Source of the DNA: Candidatus Latescibacterota bacterium | GTDB taxonomy: Bacteria; Latescibacterota; UBA2968; UBA8231 | Direction: 5' to 3' | NCBI GenBank assembly: GCA_965261395.1 | Contig: OZ253462.1 | Coordinates: 5,952,001-6,016,000 of the forward strand | DNA: 64,000 bases | Shown here: positions 9,390 to 19,246 of the stretch, one piece after another | How the letters are laid out: the number at the start of each line of letters is the position of its first letter | Numbering within the stretch: the stretch's first letter is position 1 | The notes under the pieces: model-generated | What the model was told of the DNA's origin: nothing | Seen by the model: the letters and a program-made list of their open reading frames with translations, nothing else | Database searches by the model: none | Program-made: the position numbers and the translations under genes

Positions 9390-10252
9390 GGCTTCTGCTC
9401 GCCCGAGCCAGCGGCGGTCTCAGAGGCTGTCTCTTGGAACATGCCGCGCAGACCGAGGCCAAACAATCCGCGCAGGCCGAGGCCAAATACTTCGCTGAGG
9501 GCCGAGGCCGTTTGTAAGCCGCTATCTGTCAGCGCGTCGCTAGCCCGACGCCGCTCCAAATCGCGCGCGGTTTCGTAGCGGATGACGCCGACGAACTGGC
9601 CGGCCTGGTCCACCACGGGCAGCGCGTGGACGCTTCCCCACGCCGGGTGTTCCACCACAGTTTGCCAAGTGGCGCTGGCGGCAATGGATGCGACGTGGCG
9701 CGTGCAGACAGACGCCAGCGATACATCGGGCCGCGCGCCCATTAGCTCCCGCATGTTGATGACGCCGACGAGCCGTTGATCGTCGGCTACCACGTAGAGA
9801 TAGTAGAGGGCGTGTTCTGGATGGCGCTGGAGCCGCGCTAGCACTTGGAAAACTGGCTCCTGCTCGAATGCAGTGAGCACTTCCGGGTCCATGAGTGCTC
9901 CGGCCGTATCCTCGGCGTAGATGAGCAGGCTCGCAATCACGGCTTGGAGGCGCGAGGGGAAGTGATCGACGACCGCGCTCCGGCGCTCGCTCGGAGTTGC
10001 CCGCAAGATAGACGCGGCGATATCCGGGCGTACGGCAACGAGTATGGCCGCAGCTTCTTCGGCGGATAGCTGCTCTAGGGCGAGGGCTGCAGCAAGCGAC
10101 GGCAGATAGTGCAAGAGGCCCGCGGCAACCGCTGGCGCTAGGCCGCCGAGGACCAGCGCTGCCTCTTGGCTCGACATGGCCGCTAGGTCACACGCGACTT
10201 CCGAGGGATGATCGGTTGCAAATTGCGCGAGGAGTTGTCGTTCAAGATTCAC
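9386..10252 (-). CDS. MgtE N-domain/CBS protein lacking the membrane domain
   Basis: YAEDTAGALMDPE, YYLYVV, ALPVVDQAGQFVGVI; no transmembrane bundle; overlaps both neighbours. Confidence 0.8.
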   Translation of the reverse strand: MNLERQLLAQFATDHPSEVACDLAAMSSQEAALVLGGLAPAVAAGLLHYLPSLAAALALEQLSAEEAAAILVAVRPDIAASILRATPSERRSAVVDHFPSRLQAVIASLLIYAEDTAGALMDPEVLTAFEQEPVFQVLARLQRHPEHALYYLYVVADDQRLVGVINMRELMGARPDVSLASVCTRHVASIAASATWQTVVEHPAWGSVHALPVVDQAGQFVGVIRYETARDLERRRASDALTDSGLQTASALSEVFGLGLRGLFGLGLRGMFQETASETAAGSGEQKP

Positions 10253-11078
10253 TGGACACTTCCTTGCTTATGCGGAGGCAGCGCTCTTCGAAGAAGCGCT
10301 GGCCGGGGATGCCCAACTCACCCTCGGCGTGCTCGACAAAAACGGTGGTGGAGGTCGTCCGCACGATGCGCCCGTTGTCGTCGCCGAGGCGAATGCGCTG
10401 ACCCACGTCGTAGGACTTGTTGACGTAGTGCATGGCGAGGATGTTAGCGATAATGCTGCGGGCACCCAGCCCAAACGCAAAGGCTGCGCCGGCGAGGATC
10501 GCGGCGAGCACGATCAAGAAGATGTCCGTCAGCAGCGATACATCTACTCCGAGTTGCTTGGTCGCCACGAGAATGGCCGCGCCGACGATGAGCCCTCGGA
10601 CGAGGCGAGCCAATTGCCGCCCCTGATGCGGCAACAAGCGAAAGGCCGTGCTCATGGCCGCGTCGCTGATGAGGCGACCTCCGACGACGCCGGCGAATAA
10701 GACTGCGACCGCCACGATGACCTTGGGTAGGTATTGTGCTAGGGCGGCCAGATAGGTGGTCAAAATCGGGAGGCCGACTACCTCGCTGGTCACCATGACC
10801 GCGACCAACAAGACGAGCCAGTAGATGCTGCTTGAGACGATGCGCCCGGTCCCCTTGTCGGCCAAGGCCTGTTGCCAAGCGGCCTGGGTCGTTCCCGCAG
10901 AAATCCGCTTGGAAAAACGCGCTACCACTCGGCGCGCAAGCGCGCGAAGCGACCACGCCACGAGCCACCCGACCAACAGCACGCATAGAGCGACGACCAA
11001 CTTGGGCAGCAGGTGGAAGAAGCTCTCTTTGATGGAACCAAGGACGGCGAGCATCTCGGCGGATGAGCTAGGCTCCAT
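10242..11078 (-). CDS. MscS-like small mechanosensitive channel (TM-helix repeat type)
   Basis: LPKLVVAL and YLPKVIVA repeats, AFAFGLGARSIIANILA, VGQRIRLGDDNGRIV. Confidence 0.8.
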   Translation of the reverse strand: MEPSSSAEMLAVLGSIKESFFHLLPKLVVALCVLLVGWLVAWSLRALARRVVARFSKRISAGTTQAAWQQALADKGTGRIVSSSIYWLVLLVAVMVTSEVVGLPILTTYLAALAQYLPKVIVAVAVLFAGVVGGRLISDAAMSTAFRLLPHQGRQLARLVRGLIVGAAILVATKQLGVDVSLLTDIFLIVLAAILAGAAFAFGLGARSIIANILAMHYVNKSYDVGQRIRLGDDNGRIVRTTSTTVFVEHAEGELGIPGQRFFEERCLRISKEVSSES

Positions 11079-11091
11079 AAGGTACCTCCAG

Positions 11092-11808
11092 TTACTTTTT
11101 TTGCCTTACCACCATTGAGACGATGGCCAGCCAATAGAGGTTCTGCACAACGGCGAAATAATAGACGACCCCCATGAGGTGGTCAAACACTGCGCCCAAC
11201 GCGAAAACCATCAGATAAACGTCGATGCCACTGCGCATATAGTTGCGCAGTTTCAGCGGCGGAATGCGCACGAAGCCCGCCAAGCGGCCAACTAGGCCGC
11301 GGCCCGCGGATTCAGCTAGTTGTCCCTTGCCAAAGGCCGTGGCGTTCATCAAGGTGGCGATGTGGGTCATGGCTAGCGAAGCGAAGACGACAAAGGAGTA
11401 GAGATAGGCGTACGGATCGTCGCTTTGGTGCTCCAATGCCGCTCCCAACGCAAGGCAGAGCACCAGCTCGGCGATGCGGTCAAGCAAGCCGTCGAGCCAA
11501 GCGCCAAACGGCGAACTGATGCCGCGCAAACGAGCGAGTTCGCCGTCGCAGCAATCGAGCGTAAAGGATAGTTGGATGAGGAGGCCGGCCCCGATGAGGG
11601 CGATGCGCTCACCGGTGGAGAGCAGGTACGCGCCGGGCAGGAGGACGAAAAAGGAAAGCACCGTCACTTGGTTGGGGGTGAGTGGGGTGCGGACCAAGAG
11701 GCGGGTGAGCAGGGTGGAGAGGCGGCGGTTGAACAGGACTTCGACTAGCCCCATGACCGCGGGTTTGCTGGCCTTGAAGTCCGCAGCCGTGTACGGGGAT
11801 TTACGCAC
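11092..11808 (-). CDS. CDP-alcohol phosphatidyltransferase family protein
   Basis: TPNQVT and signature DCCDGELARLRGISSPFGAWLDGLLD. Confidence 0.92.
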   Translation of the reverse strand: MRKSPYTAADFKASKPAVMGLVEVLFNRRLSTLLTRLLVRTPLTPNQVTVLSFFVLLPGAYLLSTGERIALIGAGLLIQLSFTLDCCDGELARLRGISSPFGAWLDGLLDRIAELVLCLALGAALEHQSDDPYAYLYSFVVFASLAMTHIATLMNATAFGKGQLAESAGRGLVGRLAGFVRIPPLKLRNYMRSGIDVYLMVFALGAVFDHLMGVVYYFAVVQNLYWLAIVSMVVRQKK

Positions 11809-11857
11809 GGGTGCTCCTATATTCTAAATTTTTGAGCGAGTTAGCGGGACACTAAAA

Positions 11858-12896
11858 TTAATCCCGGAAGGGAATCAGGTGCAGGACCTGCTCGATGGAC
11901 GTGCATAGCTCTTCCGCCTCATAGGCCCGTTGGTGCAGGAGAATGGACTCTGCGGTTTTGAGCATAGCTGGATAGGCACTACGCAGCAAGTGGTTGGCGT
12001 AGAGAACTACTTGCACGCCGGCATCGACGAGCTGTTGCTCGGTCACCTGACTGAAGGTCGAAGGCATCGGCATCCTCTTGGTGCAGTGCGGCCGCCGCGC
12101 CGGATGGACTCATTGTGTCTTCTATGACAATGGCCGAAACGCCGATTCGCTCCAGCGTGCGCACCGCCAGGACAAAGTGCTCGACCAAGCCGCCGGAATC
12201 GCCGTCGAGGATGAGCGGCTTGTTGGTGACGGCCAAAATTTCCTGCACCGTGGCCATGCGCGAGGTGAGATCGACGCATTCGATGTCGGGCTTGCCCTTG
12301 GCCGTGGAGTCGGCGAGGCTGCCGACCCACATGGCGTCGAATCCTCGCGTTTGGCCGTCTGCTTCCACTTGCGCGTTTTCGACGATCAGTCCGGTGAGGC
12401 CGCTGTGCGCTTCGAGCGCGGTCACCAACGGCTTGGCGGCTAGCAGTCGGCGCAACCGCTGGCGGCGGATATCGGGCGTAAAGCCCACTTCGCGGAGGGC
12501 CGCGTTCAGCCACGTCGAGGAAATGCCCGGAGTGTACGCTGGCTCGACCACTTCTCCACCCCACTCTTTGAGCGCGTCGATGACGCGCTGCCGCGCCTCG
12601 CGCTGGACGCCGGTGCGCCAGTCGTCGCCGTGGACGAAGTAGCGCGGCCGCAGGCGGCGCACGTTGGGCACGTAGTCGAGCGTCGTCTGGGGGATTACCT
12701 CGCTTACCCCCTTGATGTTTTCGACGATAGTCTTGCGCTGCTCGTAGTTCAGATAGGGCAGACGCTTGTAGCTGACCATGGCCTCGTCGGTCATCAGGCC
12801 AACGGTGATTTCTCCCAATTCTCGCGCGACGCGGATGATGTTTAGATGCCCTTGGTGGAGCAAATCCACGCACATAGGTACATATACTTTAGGCAT
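11858..12896 (-). pseudogene. Cytidylyltransferase-phosphoenolpyruvate mutase (AepX/PepM-type) fusion, internally deleted and frameshifted
   Basis: N-terminal HQGH cytidylyltransferase and [10 protein letters not shown]; mutase [26 protein letters not shown]; the C-terminus (PSTFSQ…[13 protein letters not shown]) is in another frame, joined at TGCCTTC (12066-12060). Confidence 0.8.
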
Positions 12897-13019
12897 TTAA
12901 TGGCTACCGGGGTTGATGGGTGGGGCCGTGCGGCTCTAAAAAAGTACAGGTAGAACTGAGACGCGGCAATGGGGTGTACTGCGGTTGTCGCCGCCGGGGC
13001 CAGCGGCTATTTTCCGGCC

Positions 13020-14963
13020 ATGCACAAGGAGCGAACTGGCTTGGAGGTGACGCGGCGCGCCCTAGTTTTGGGCGCGGGGGCGGCTCTCTTCCTGAATCTG
13101 GCCTGTCCCTACACAGTACTCGTCCTGCAAAACGCTGGCCTGACCTCGGATTATCTCGCGGCCGGCGCGATGATGGTCTTCCTGCTGCTGGTGGGCTTGG
13201 TCAACCCCCTGTTAAAGATCGCGTTCAGGGCTTGGGCACTGCGCACCAGCGAGCTGGTGGTCGTGTACGCGATGATGGTCGTGGCGTCGGCGATTCCCAC
13301 TTGGGGATTGGTGACCAACTTGTGCCACATCCTCACCCGCCCCTTCTACTACGCCACGCCAGAAAATCGCTGGGCCGAGCTGATTCAACCGCTGATTCCC
13401 TCTTGGCTGGCGCCACACGAAGCCGAGGCAGCGCGCTTCTTTTACGAAGGGCTGCCCGAGGGGATGGGCATTCCGTGGGGAGCTTGGCTGGTGCCGCTGG
13501 TGGCTTGGGGTAGCGCGATGCTGGCGGTTTACTTGCTGATGATCGCCACCATGGTCGTCTTCAGGCGGCCTTGGGTCGAACAGGAGCGGCTGGTCTTCCC
13601 GCTGGCACAGGTGCCCTTGGAGATGCTGCGCGGCAACGACGAGGGCATTTTCCCAGAGTTGTTTCGCAATCCGCTGATGTGGGTCGGGTTTGCGTTGCCC
13701 TTTGCCATCCAAGTGTTGGATGGGCTGAACCACTACTTCTTTTTTGTGCCCGAGGTGCGGCTGGTGTTCGACCCGCTGACGCTGTTCCGCGATAGCGTGC
13801 GGCTGCACATCTTCGTCAACTTCGCCATCATTGGCGTGGCGTACTTCCTCAACCTCAACGTGGCCTTCTCGGTGTGGTTTTTCCACCTGTTAAGCCGCTG
13901 CCAGACCGGGGTTTTCAACGTCATCGGCTTTCAGGTCAAAGGGCACAACGAGGCGCTCACAGGTTCTTCGGTGGCCCTGTCGCACCAGGGGATGGGAGCG
14001 ATGCTGGTGCTGGTAGCGGCGATCCTGTGGACGGCGCGAGGCCACTTGCGCCAAGTGTTCAGCGCGGCGTTCAGGCGCGGGGTACAGGCCGACGACGGCG
14101 ACGAGATTCTCTCCTATCGGGCGGCCGTGTGGCTGTGGATTGCCTGTGCGATCTATTTCCTCGGCTGGCTGCTGCTGAGCGGGGTGCCGGTGGTGGCGGC
14201 CGTGGTGTTTTTCTTTGGGGCATTTGCCATTTTCTTGGCCATTGCGCGGGTCATTGCCCAAGGCGGCGTGGGCTTTACCTCTTCGACCATGCTGCCGCAG
14301 CCCTTTGCGGTCTATACCTTGGGCACGGACGCCATTGGCTGGAAGGGGCTGGCGTCGATTAGTCTGAGCTATTCTTGGGCCGCTGAAATGCGCACCACGG
14401 TCATGGCTTCCACCGCCAACGCGCTCAAGCTAGCGCACGGGCACGGCGCGCATCACCGCCGCCTGTTCTGGGGGTTGGTCATTGCGGTCGTCGTCGGCAT
14501 GATGGGGGCCTTCTGGATCACCCTCTATTTGAACTACACGCACGGCGGGATCAACCTGCGCCAATTCGGGGTGCCGACGCTGGCCTATCGCTTTTTGGAG
14601 GACAAGATCCACAATCCCGTCGGCTGGGACCACATCCGCCCGCGGCTGCTGTTTACGGGCGTAGGCGCGGCCTTGATGGGCGCGTTGATTTACATGCAGC
14701 ACCACTTCCCGTGGTGGCCGCTGCACTACATCGGCCTGCCGGTGAGCGATAGTTGGGTCATGGGTGTGGCGTGGTTTTCGGTGTTTTTGGGCTGGTTGTG
14801 CAAGGCCGTGATATTCAAATTCACCGGCACGCGCGGCTACCTCACGTACAAGCCGCTCTTCGCCGGGCTGATCGCCGGACAGCTCATGGGCGCGGCCATG
14901 TGGATGGTGATTGACTTTTGCCTTGGGGAAGTGGGGAATGTGGTGTTCGTAGGGGTGCGCTAA
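13020..14963 (+). CDS. DUF6785/DUF6784-like polytopic membrane protein, paralog 2
   Basis: YYATPENRW, WVEQERLVFPLAQVP, DEILSYR and WWPLHYIG are shared with 4110-6044; start placed at ATG 13020. Confidence 0.75.
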   Translation: MHKERTGLEVTRRALVLGAGAALFLNLACPYTVLVLQNAGLTSDYLAAGAMMVFLLLVGLVNPLLKIAFRAWALRTSELVVVYAMMVVASAIPTWGLVTNLCHILTRPFYYATPENRWAELIQPLIPSWLAPHEAEAARFFYEGLPEGMGIPWGAWLVPLVAWGSAMLAVYLLMIATMVVFRRPWVEQERLVFPLAQVPLEMLRGNDEGIFPELFRNPLMWVGFALPFAIQVLDGLNHYFFFVPEVRLVFDPLTLFRDSVRLHIFVNFAIIGVAYFLNLNVAFSVWFFHLLSRCQTGVFNVIGFQVKGHNEALTGSSVALSHQGMGAMLVLVAAILWTARGHLRQVFSAAFRRGVQADDGDEILSYRAAVWLWIACAIYFLGWLLLSGVPVVAAVVFFFGAFAIFLAIARVIAQGGVGFTSSTMLPQPFAVYTLGTDAIGWKGLASISLSYSWAAEMRTTVMASTANALKLAHGHGAHHRRLFWGLVIAVVVGMMGAFWITLYLNYTHGGINLRQFGVPTLAYRFLEDKIHNPVGWDHIRPRLLFTGVGAALMGALIYMQHHFPWWPLHYIGLPVSDSWVMGVAWFSVFLGWLCKAVIFKFTGTRGYLTYKPLFAGLIAGQLMGAAMWMVIDFCLGEVGNVVFVGVR

Positions 14964-14984
14964 AACAACCAAAGGAGGCTCGAC

Positions 14985-16076
14985 ATGAGCGACAAGATGT
15001 ACCGAGCAGCGGCCATAGGCCGGACCGGGCGGGGAAATTGGGGACATGGATTGCACTTGGGTTTGAAGAATCACCCGCGCATTGAGGTGGTGGCCGTCGC
15101 CGATGAGGACGCCGAGGAACGGCAGGCTAAACAGGCGGAATTGGCTGCTCCCCGCGCGTACGCCGACTGGCGCGAGATGCTAGCGGCCGAGCAGCCGGAA
15201 GTGGTGACTGTTGGGCCGCGCTGGACTGATTGCCACTTGGAGATGGTGCTGGCCTGTTTGGAGGTGGGGGCGCACGTGTACTGCGAAAAGCCCATGACTT
15301 GGAGCTTGGCTGAAGGCGACCAGATTGTGGCTAAGGCCGAGGCGACCGGGTTGAAGGTAGCCGTGGCGCATCAGGGGGCGTACCTGCCGCTAATCCGGCA
15401 CGTAAAGGAGGTGCTGGCGCAGGGGCGGATCGGCGCGGTGCAGGCCATTCGCGCCCACGGCAAACAGGATCGGCGCGGCGGCGGCGAGGACATGATCGTG
15501 CTGGGGACGCACTCGTTCAATATGATGCGCCTGTTTGCCGGCGATGTGGCGTGGATGACGGCGCACGTTGTGCACGAAGGCCGCGCGCTCCAGGTCGACG
15601 ACGTGCGCGAGGCGGCCGAGCCGGTGGGACCCGTCGCCGGCGACTGCATCAACAGCTACTTTGCCTTCAAGAGCGGAGTAGCGGGTTTTTTTGATTCGCG
15701 GAAATACGCCGAGGGTGGGGGTCAGCGGATGGGCATGGAGATCGAGGGCAGCGAAGGAGTGATCGCGCTGCGCGGCGGCGGCAGTGGCCCGGCCATGCTC
15801 TATCCGCATCCGGTGTTTGATCCAACCGCTGCGAGCCAGCAGTGGAGCCCCTTAGACGAGGTGGCGGACGAATCCCTGAGCACGGGCAACGACTTGGCGG
15901 TCGCCGATTTGATCGACGCGGCCGAAGCCGACCGCGAGCCGCTGTCGAGCGCGCGCGATGCGGTGGCGGCCTTGGAGATGATCTTGGGGGCTTACGAGGC
16001 GGAGATTACCAGAGGGCGGGTGGCGTTTCCCATGCAGCGGCGAGAGCATCCGTTGGTTGCTTGGCAAGAGGGGTGA
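14985..16076 (+). CDS. Gfo/Idh/MocA family oxidoreductase
   Basis: HVYCEKP, GGGEDMIVLGTH; RBS AGGAGG. Confidence 0.9.
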   Translation: MSDKMYRAAAIGRTGRGNWGHGLHLGLKNHPRIEVVAVADEDAEERQAKQAELAAPRAYADWREMLAAEQPEVVTVGPRWTDCHLEMVLACLEVGAHVYCEKPMTWSLAEGDQIVAKAEATGLKVAVAHQGAYLPLIRHVKEVLAQGRIGAVQAIRAHGKQDRRGGGEDMIVLGTHSFNMMRLFAGDVAWMTAHVVHEGRALQVDDVREAAEPVGPVAGDCINSYFAFKSGVAGFFDSRKYAEGGGQRMGMEIEGSEGVIALRGGGSGPAMLYPHPVFDPTAASQQWSPLDEVADESLSTGNDLAVADLIDAAEADREPLSSARDAVAALEMILGAYEAEITRGRVAFPMQRREHPLVAWQEG

Positions 16077-16080
16077 TAGG

Positions 16081-16108
16081 GTAGGGGCGACCGGCCGGTC
16101 GCCCCTAC
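16081..16108. repeat. REP copy 1: perfect 28-bp GTAG palindrome
   Basis: GTAGGGGCGACCGGCCGGTCGCCCCTAC, 4 nt after the oxidoreductase stop codon. Confidence 0.92.
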
Positions 16109-16230
16109 CTTGACGGGTTGGCCTGAAATACTTGTATTTATCGCTTCACTGGCGCGTTTGTGCAAAATTTGCGGCAAATGCGCTAGATTCTGCTTTTACC
16201 TCACCTCTAGCTCGTCACAGGAAGGCACTC

Positions 16231-19200
16231 ATGCACCTTGAGAGGAGGAAGTGGTCGGCGGCACTAGGCGCGGCCCTGTTTTGCGCTTTGCTCGCACTGC
16301 CGGCGTTCGCTGGCAACGGTAAGATCGCCGGCGTGGTACGAGATGATTCCGGGCAGGCATTGCCCGGGGCTAATGTGGTCGTCGAAGTCGGCGGCGAGAG
16401 AGCCGGTACTACCGCCGACGACAAGGGACGTTATTTCTTGCTCAATATCCCCCCCGGCACATACTCGGTCGAAGCTAGTTACATAGGGCACCAGACGGTG
16501 CGCCAAACCCAGGTCGAGGTCCGCTTGGACCTGACGACGACGGTCGATTTCGGGCTCAAGACCGAGGCGATTGAAGGCGAGACGATAACGGTGGTCGCCG
16601 AGGCACCGCTGGTCGAGCGCTCGCTGACGACCAGCCGCGCGACGATCGGCCGCGCCGAGCTCAACAACACCATGCCGGTGGCCGACTTGCAGGACCTGAT
16701 TAACACGACGCCGAGCGTGTTCCGCGGCTACATCCGCGGCGGGCGCAAGGCCGAGGCCAAAGTGCTCGTCGATGGGATCGACGTGTCGGATACGTATTTC
16801 CGCGCCGGCGAAGGCCTAGTCACTTGGAACCCCTATGTAGATGTCAATCGCACCTCGGACGGCGAGTTCACCGCGGTCGGCGTCAACGCCAGCAACGTGC
16901 AGTCGCTGGACATTATCGCCGGCACCTTCAACGCCGAGTACGACGCGGCTAGCGCTGGTATCGTCAATGTCGTCACTCGCGAAGGCGGCGATGAGTTAGA
17001 GGGGCGGCTGTTTGTCCGCCGCGGCGTCAGCGGCTACAAAAACGCTGGCCCCGAGGTCTATGCGGGGCTGGTCAACCCCGAGCCGGGCGACGACGGTAGC
17101 GTCGATGAGACGACCTATTTTGACCGCTACCTGCAGTCGCGCGACGCCTTGCTAGCCTCCGAGGACGAGGCCGACAAGGCCAAGGCCGACAATTACTACA
17201 TTTTCGACCCCGAGCAAGTTACCTACGGCAACAATCCCTCCACGGAGATGGAATTTTCGCTGGGGGGCAAGCTGTTGCCGCGCACTAATTTTTACTTGAC
17301 CACGCGCTATCTCAACGACGAGGGAGTCTTTCCCAACGCGCTCAATCGCTCGCAGCGCTATTCGCTCAAGCTGACGAATCGGCCTAGCCAGAATGTCAAG
17401 CTGACCGGCAACGTCATGATCGACGACGGTGGTGAGTTGGGAGGTTGGGTCAATCGCAACTTCAGCGGTCGCTACGCCTATTTCCCCGACGGGGCCTTGG
17501 GCAACAAGAAGCTGGGGACGATGGCCTATCTGGGGATGAGCCACTCGCTTTCTAACAATACCTTCTACGAGATCAAGCTCTCGCAGGTTACGCGCTCGAG
17601 CAAATTTGGCTACTCCGACGACAACGGCGACGGCATCGTCGAGACCAGCGAGAGTGGCGACTTCATCTTCATCGACAGCGCCGAAGAGTCGGAAAAGTAC
17701 CTAGGCGTTGACGGCTCTGGGGCCGACGCCGACGGCAACTTTACCTTTTTTACCACCAACCCCGGCAATTCGCGCAACTTCGACCTGCCCTTTGGCGACA
17801 ATCAGTACCGCTTGGCGCAGGCGGGCTTCTACTTTGAGGAGCTCAACCGCAACGTGATGCAGCTCAAGGCCGACATCACCCATCAGTACAACTACCACCA
17901 CCAGCTCAAGGCCGGCCTGCTGTTGCGCAGCCACACGGTCTCGAAGCTCATGCAGCGGACGCAGATTACGGTGGGCTATTCCAACCTGCCGTACGAGATC
18001 ACCGAATACGAGCGCAACCCAAGCGAGCTGGCCTTTTACGTACAGGACAAAGTTGAGTACGAGGGCATCATCCTAAACGCCGGCTTGCGGCTCGACAGCT
18101 TCAACGCAGACGCCGAGCAACTCACCGATTTTTTCCGCCCGTCTGAAGAGGCCGAATACACCTATGAAAGCGGCCAGACCCACACCTACCGCACCCCGAT
18201 TCGCGGTGAGGCGGTTGCAACGCGCTGGTACTTGCAGCCGCGGCTAGGGATTTCGCATCCGATCAGCGAGCAGGCCGCCATGCACTACTCGTGGGGCAAG
18301 TTCTACTCGACGCCGTCGTTTTCGTACCTCTATGAGGACTACGACAGCTTCACCAACCCAGCGTGGCCGAACCTGCCGGATGTCGAAGCGGACCCGACGA
18401 CGGCCACCGCGTACGAGATGGGCCTACAGTACAGCTTCGCGCCCGAGTACTTGTTCGACGTTACGGCCTATTACCGCGACATCGAAAACTACGGGCGGCT
18501 CGGCTTTACCATCAGCCCGGCCGACGCTGGCTTTGCCAACTACACTCTCAACACCAGCGGCGGGTACGCCGATAGCCGCGGTCTTGAGTTTGGAATAGAG
18601 CGCCGGTCGCAGAGCAAGATCAATGGCCGCGTCAACTACGCATATAGCTATATCAAGGCATCGCGCAACGGCAACAACTCGACGCCTTTCCCGGACAAAA
18701 ATTCGTTTTCGGTCAACGCCCCAACCGATGCCCAAGCCTTGGATACGGCACTGGCCAACAAGGAGCGGTTCAACACCTATGAGGCCAATGTCAACGGCGG
18801 TGGCAATCCATTGGTCACCGGCTACGACCGGGCCCACCGCATTTCCGTTACCCTGCTGGCCGAGTTGCCAGCACAGGTCGGTTTGACCTTGATCTCGACG
18901 GCTGAGAGCGGTTTCAACTACAATGTAACGGCCACTACGGACGATCCGCGTGAGCGCGAGACCCGGCAGGCCCTGTGGAATATGCGCACGGATCTGCGGC
19001 TCCACCGCGGCCTTGCGTTGGGCGGCTTGGCGCTAGGAGCCTTCTTTGAGGTGCGCAATCTCTTCGACCGCGAGAATATCCTTACGTGGGACAATCGCAA
19101 CATCGCCTCCACTGCCAAGTGGGAGGAAGATGGGGACCCGACTGGCAACCTCAACCGGGCCTTCACCGGCCAGAGCCAGGCGATTTACGACATCCCGCGC

Positions 19201-19233
19201 ATGGCCAATTTCGGCGTCACCGTGGATTTTTAG
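16231..19233 (+). CDS. TonB-dependent receptor with N-terminal carboxypeptidase-regulatory-like domain
   Basis: Signal peptide; GKIAGVVRD…LPGANV…IPPGTYSV; plug IRGGR…VDGIDV, FNAEYD…GIVNVVTREG; terminal Phe (GVTVDF). Confidence 0.9.
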   Translation: MHLERRKWSAALGAALFCALLALPAFAGNGKIAGVVRDDSGQALPGANVVVEVGGERAGTTADDKGRYFLLNIPPGTYSVEASYIGHQTVRQTQVEVRLDLTTTVDFGLKTEAIEGETITVVAEAPLVERSLTTSRATIGRAELNNTMPVADLQDLINTTPSVFRGYIRGGRKAEAKVLVDGIDVSDTYFRAGEGLVTWNPYVDVNRTSDGEFTAVGVNASNVQSLDIIAGTFNAEYDAASAGIVNVVTREGGDELEGRLFVRRGVSGYKNAGPEVYAGLVNPEPGDDGSVDETTYFDRYLQSRDALLASEDEADKAKADNYYIFDPEQVTYGNNPSTEMEFSLGGKLLPRTNFYLTTRYLNDEGVFPNALNRSQRYSLKLTNRPSQNVKLTGNVMIDDGGELGGWVNRNFSGRYAYFPDGALGNKKLGTMAYLGMSHSLSNNTFYEIKLSQVTRSSKFGYSDDNGDGIVETSESGDFIFIDSAEESEKYLGVDGSGADADGNFTFFTTNPGNSRNFDLPFGDNQYRLAQAGFYFEELNRNVMQLKADITHQYNYHHQLKAGLLLRSHTVSKLMQRTQITVGYSNLPYEITEYERNPSELAFYVQDKVEYEGIILNAGLRLDSFNADAEQLTDFFRPSEEAEYTYESGQTHTYRTPIRGEAVATRWYLQPRLGISHPISEQAAMHYSWGKFYSTPSFSYLYEDYDSFTNPAWPNLPDVEADPTTATAYEMGLQYSFAPEYLFDVTAYYRDIENYGRLGFTISPADAGFANYTLNTSGGYADSRGLEFGIERRSQSKINGRVNYAYSYIKASRNGNNSTPFPDKNSFSVNAPTDAQALDTALANKERFNTYEANVNGGGNPLVTGYDRAHRISVTLLAELPAQVGLTLISTAESGFNYNVTATTDDPRERETRQALWNMRTDLRLHRGLALGGLALGAFFEVRNLFDRENILTWDNRNIASTAKWEEDGDPTGNLNRAFTGQSQAIYDIPRMANFGVTVDF

Positions 19234-19246
19234 GAGGAATACTAAG

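Noticed and set aside
11858-12073. Programmed frameshift or independent 71-aa gene for the PepM C-terminus
   Set aside because: No slippery site or SD seen, and internal barrel sequence is missing, so a deletion explains it better
16110-16189. TTGACG promoter candidate and ATTTGC-G-GCAAAT palindrome before the TonB receptor
   Set aside because: No good -10 at 16-18 nt spacing; the palindrome is short and single-copy
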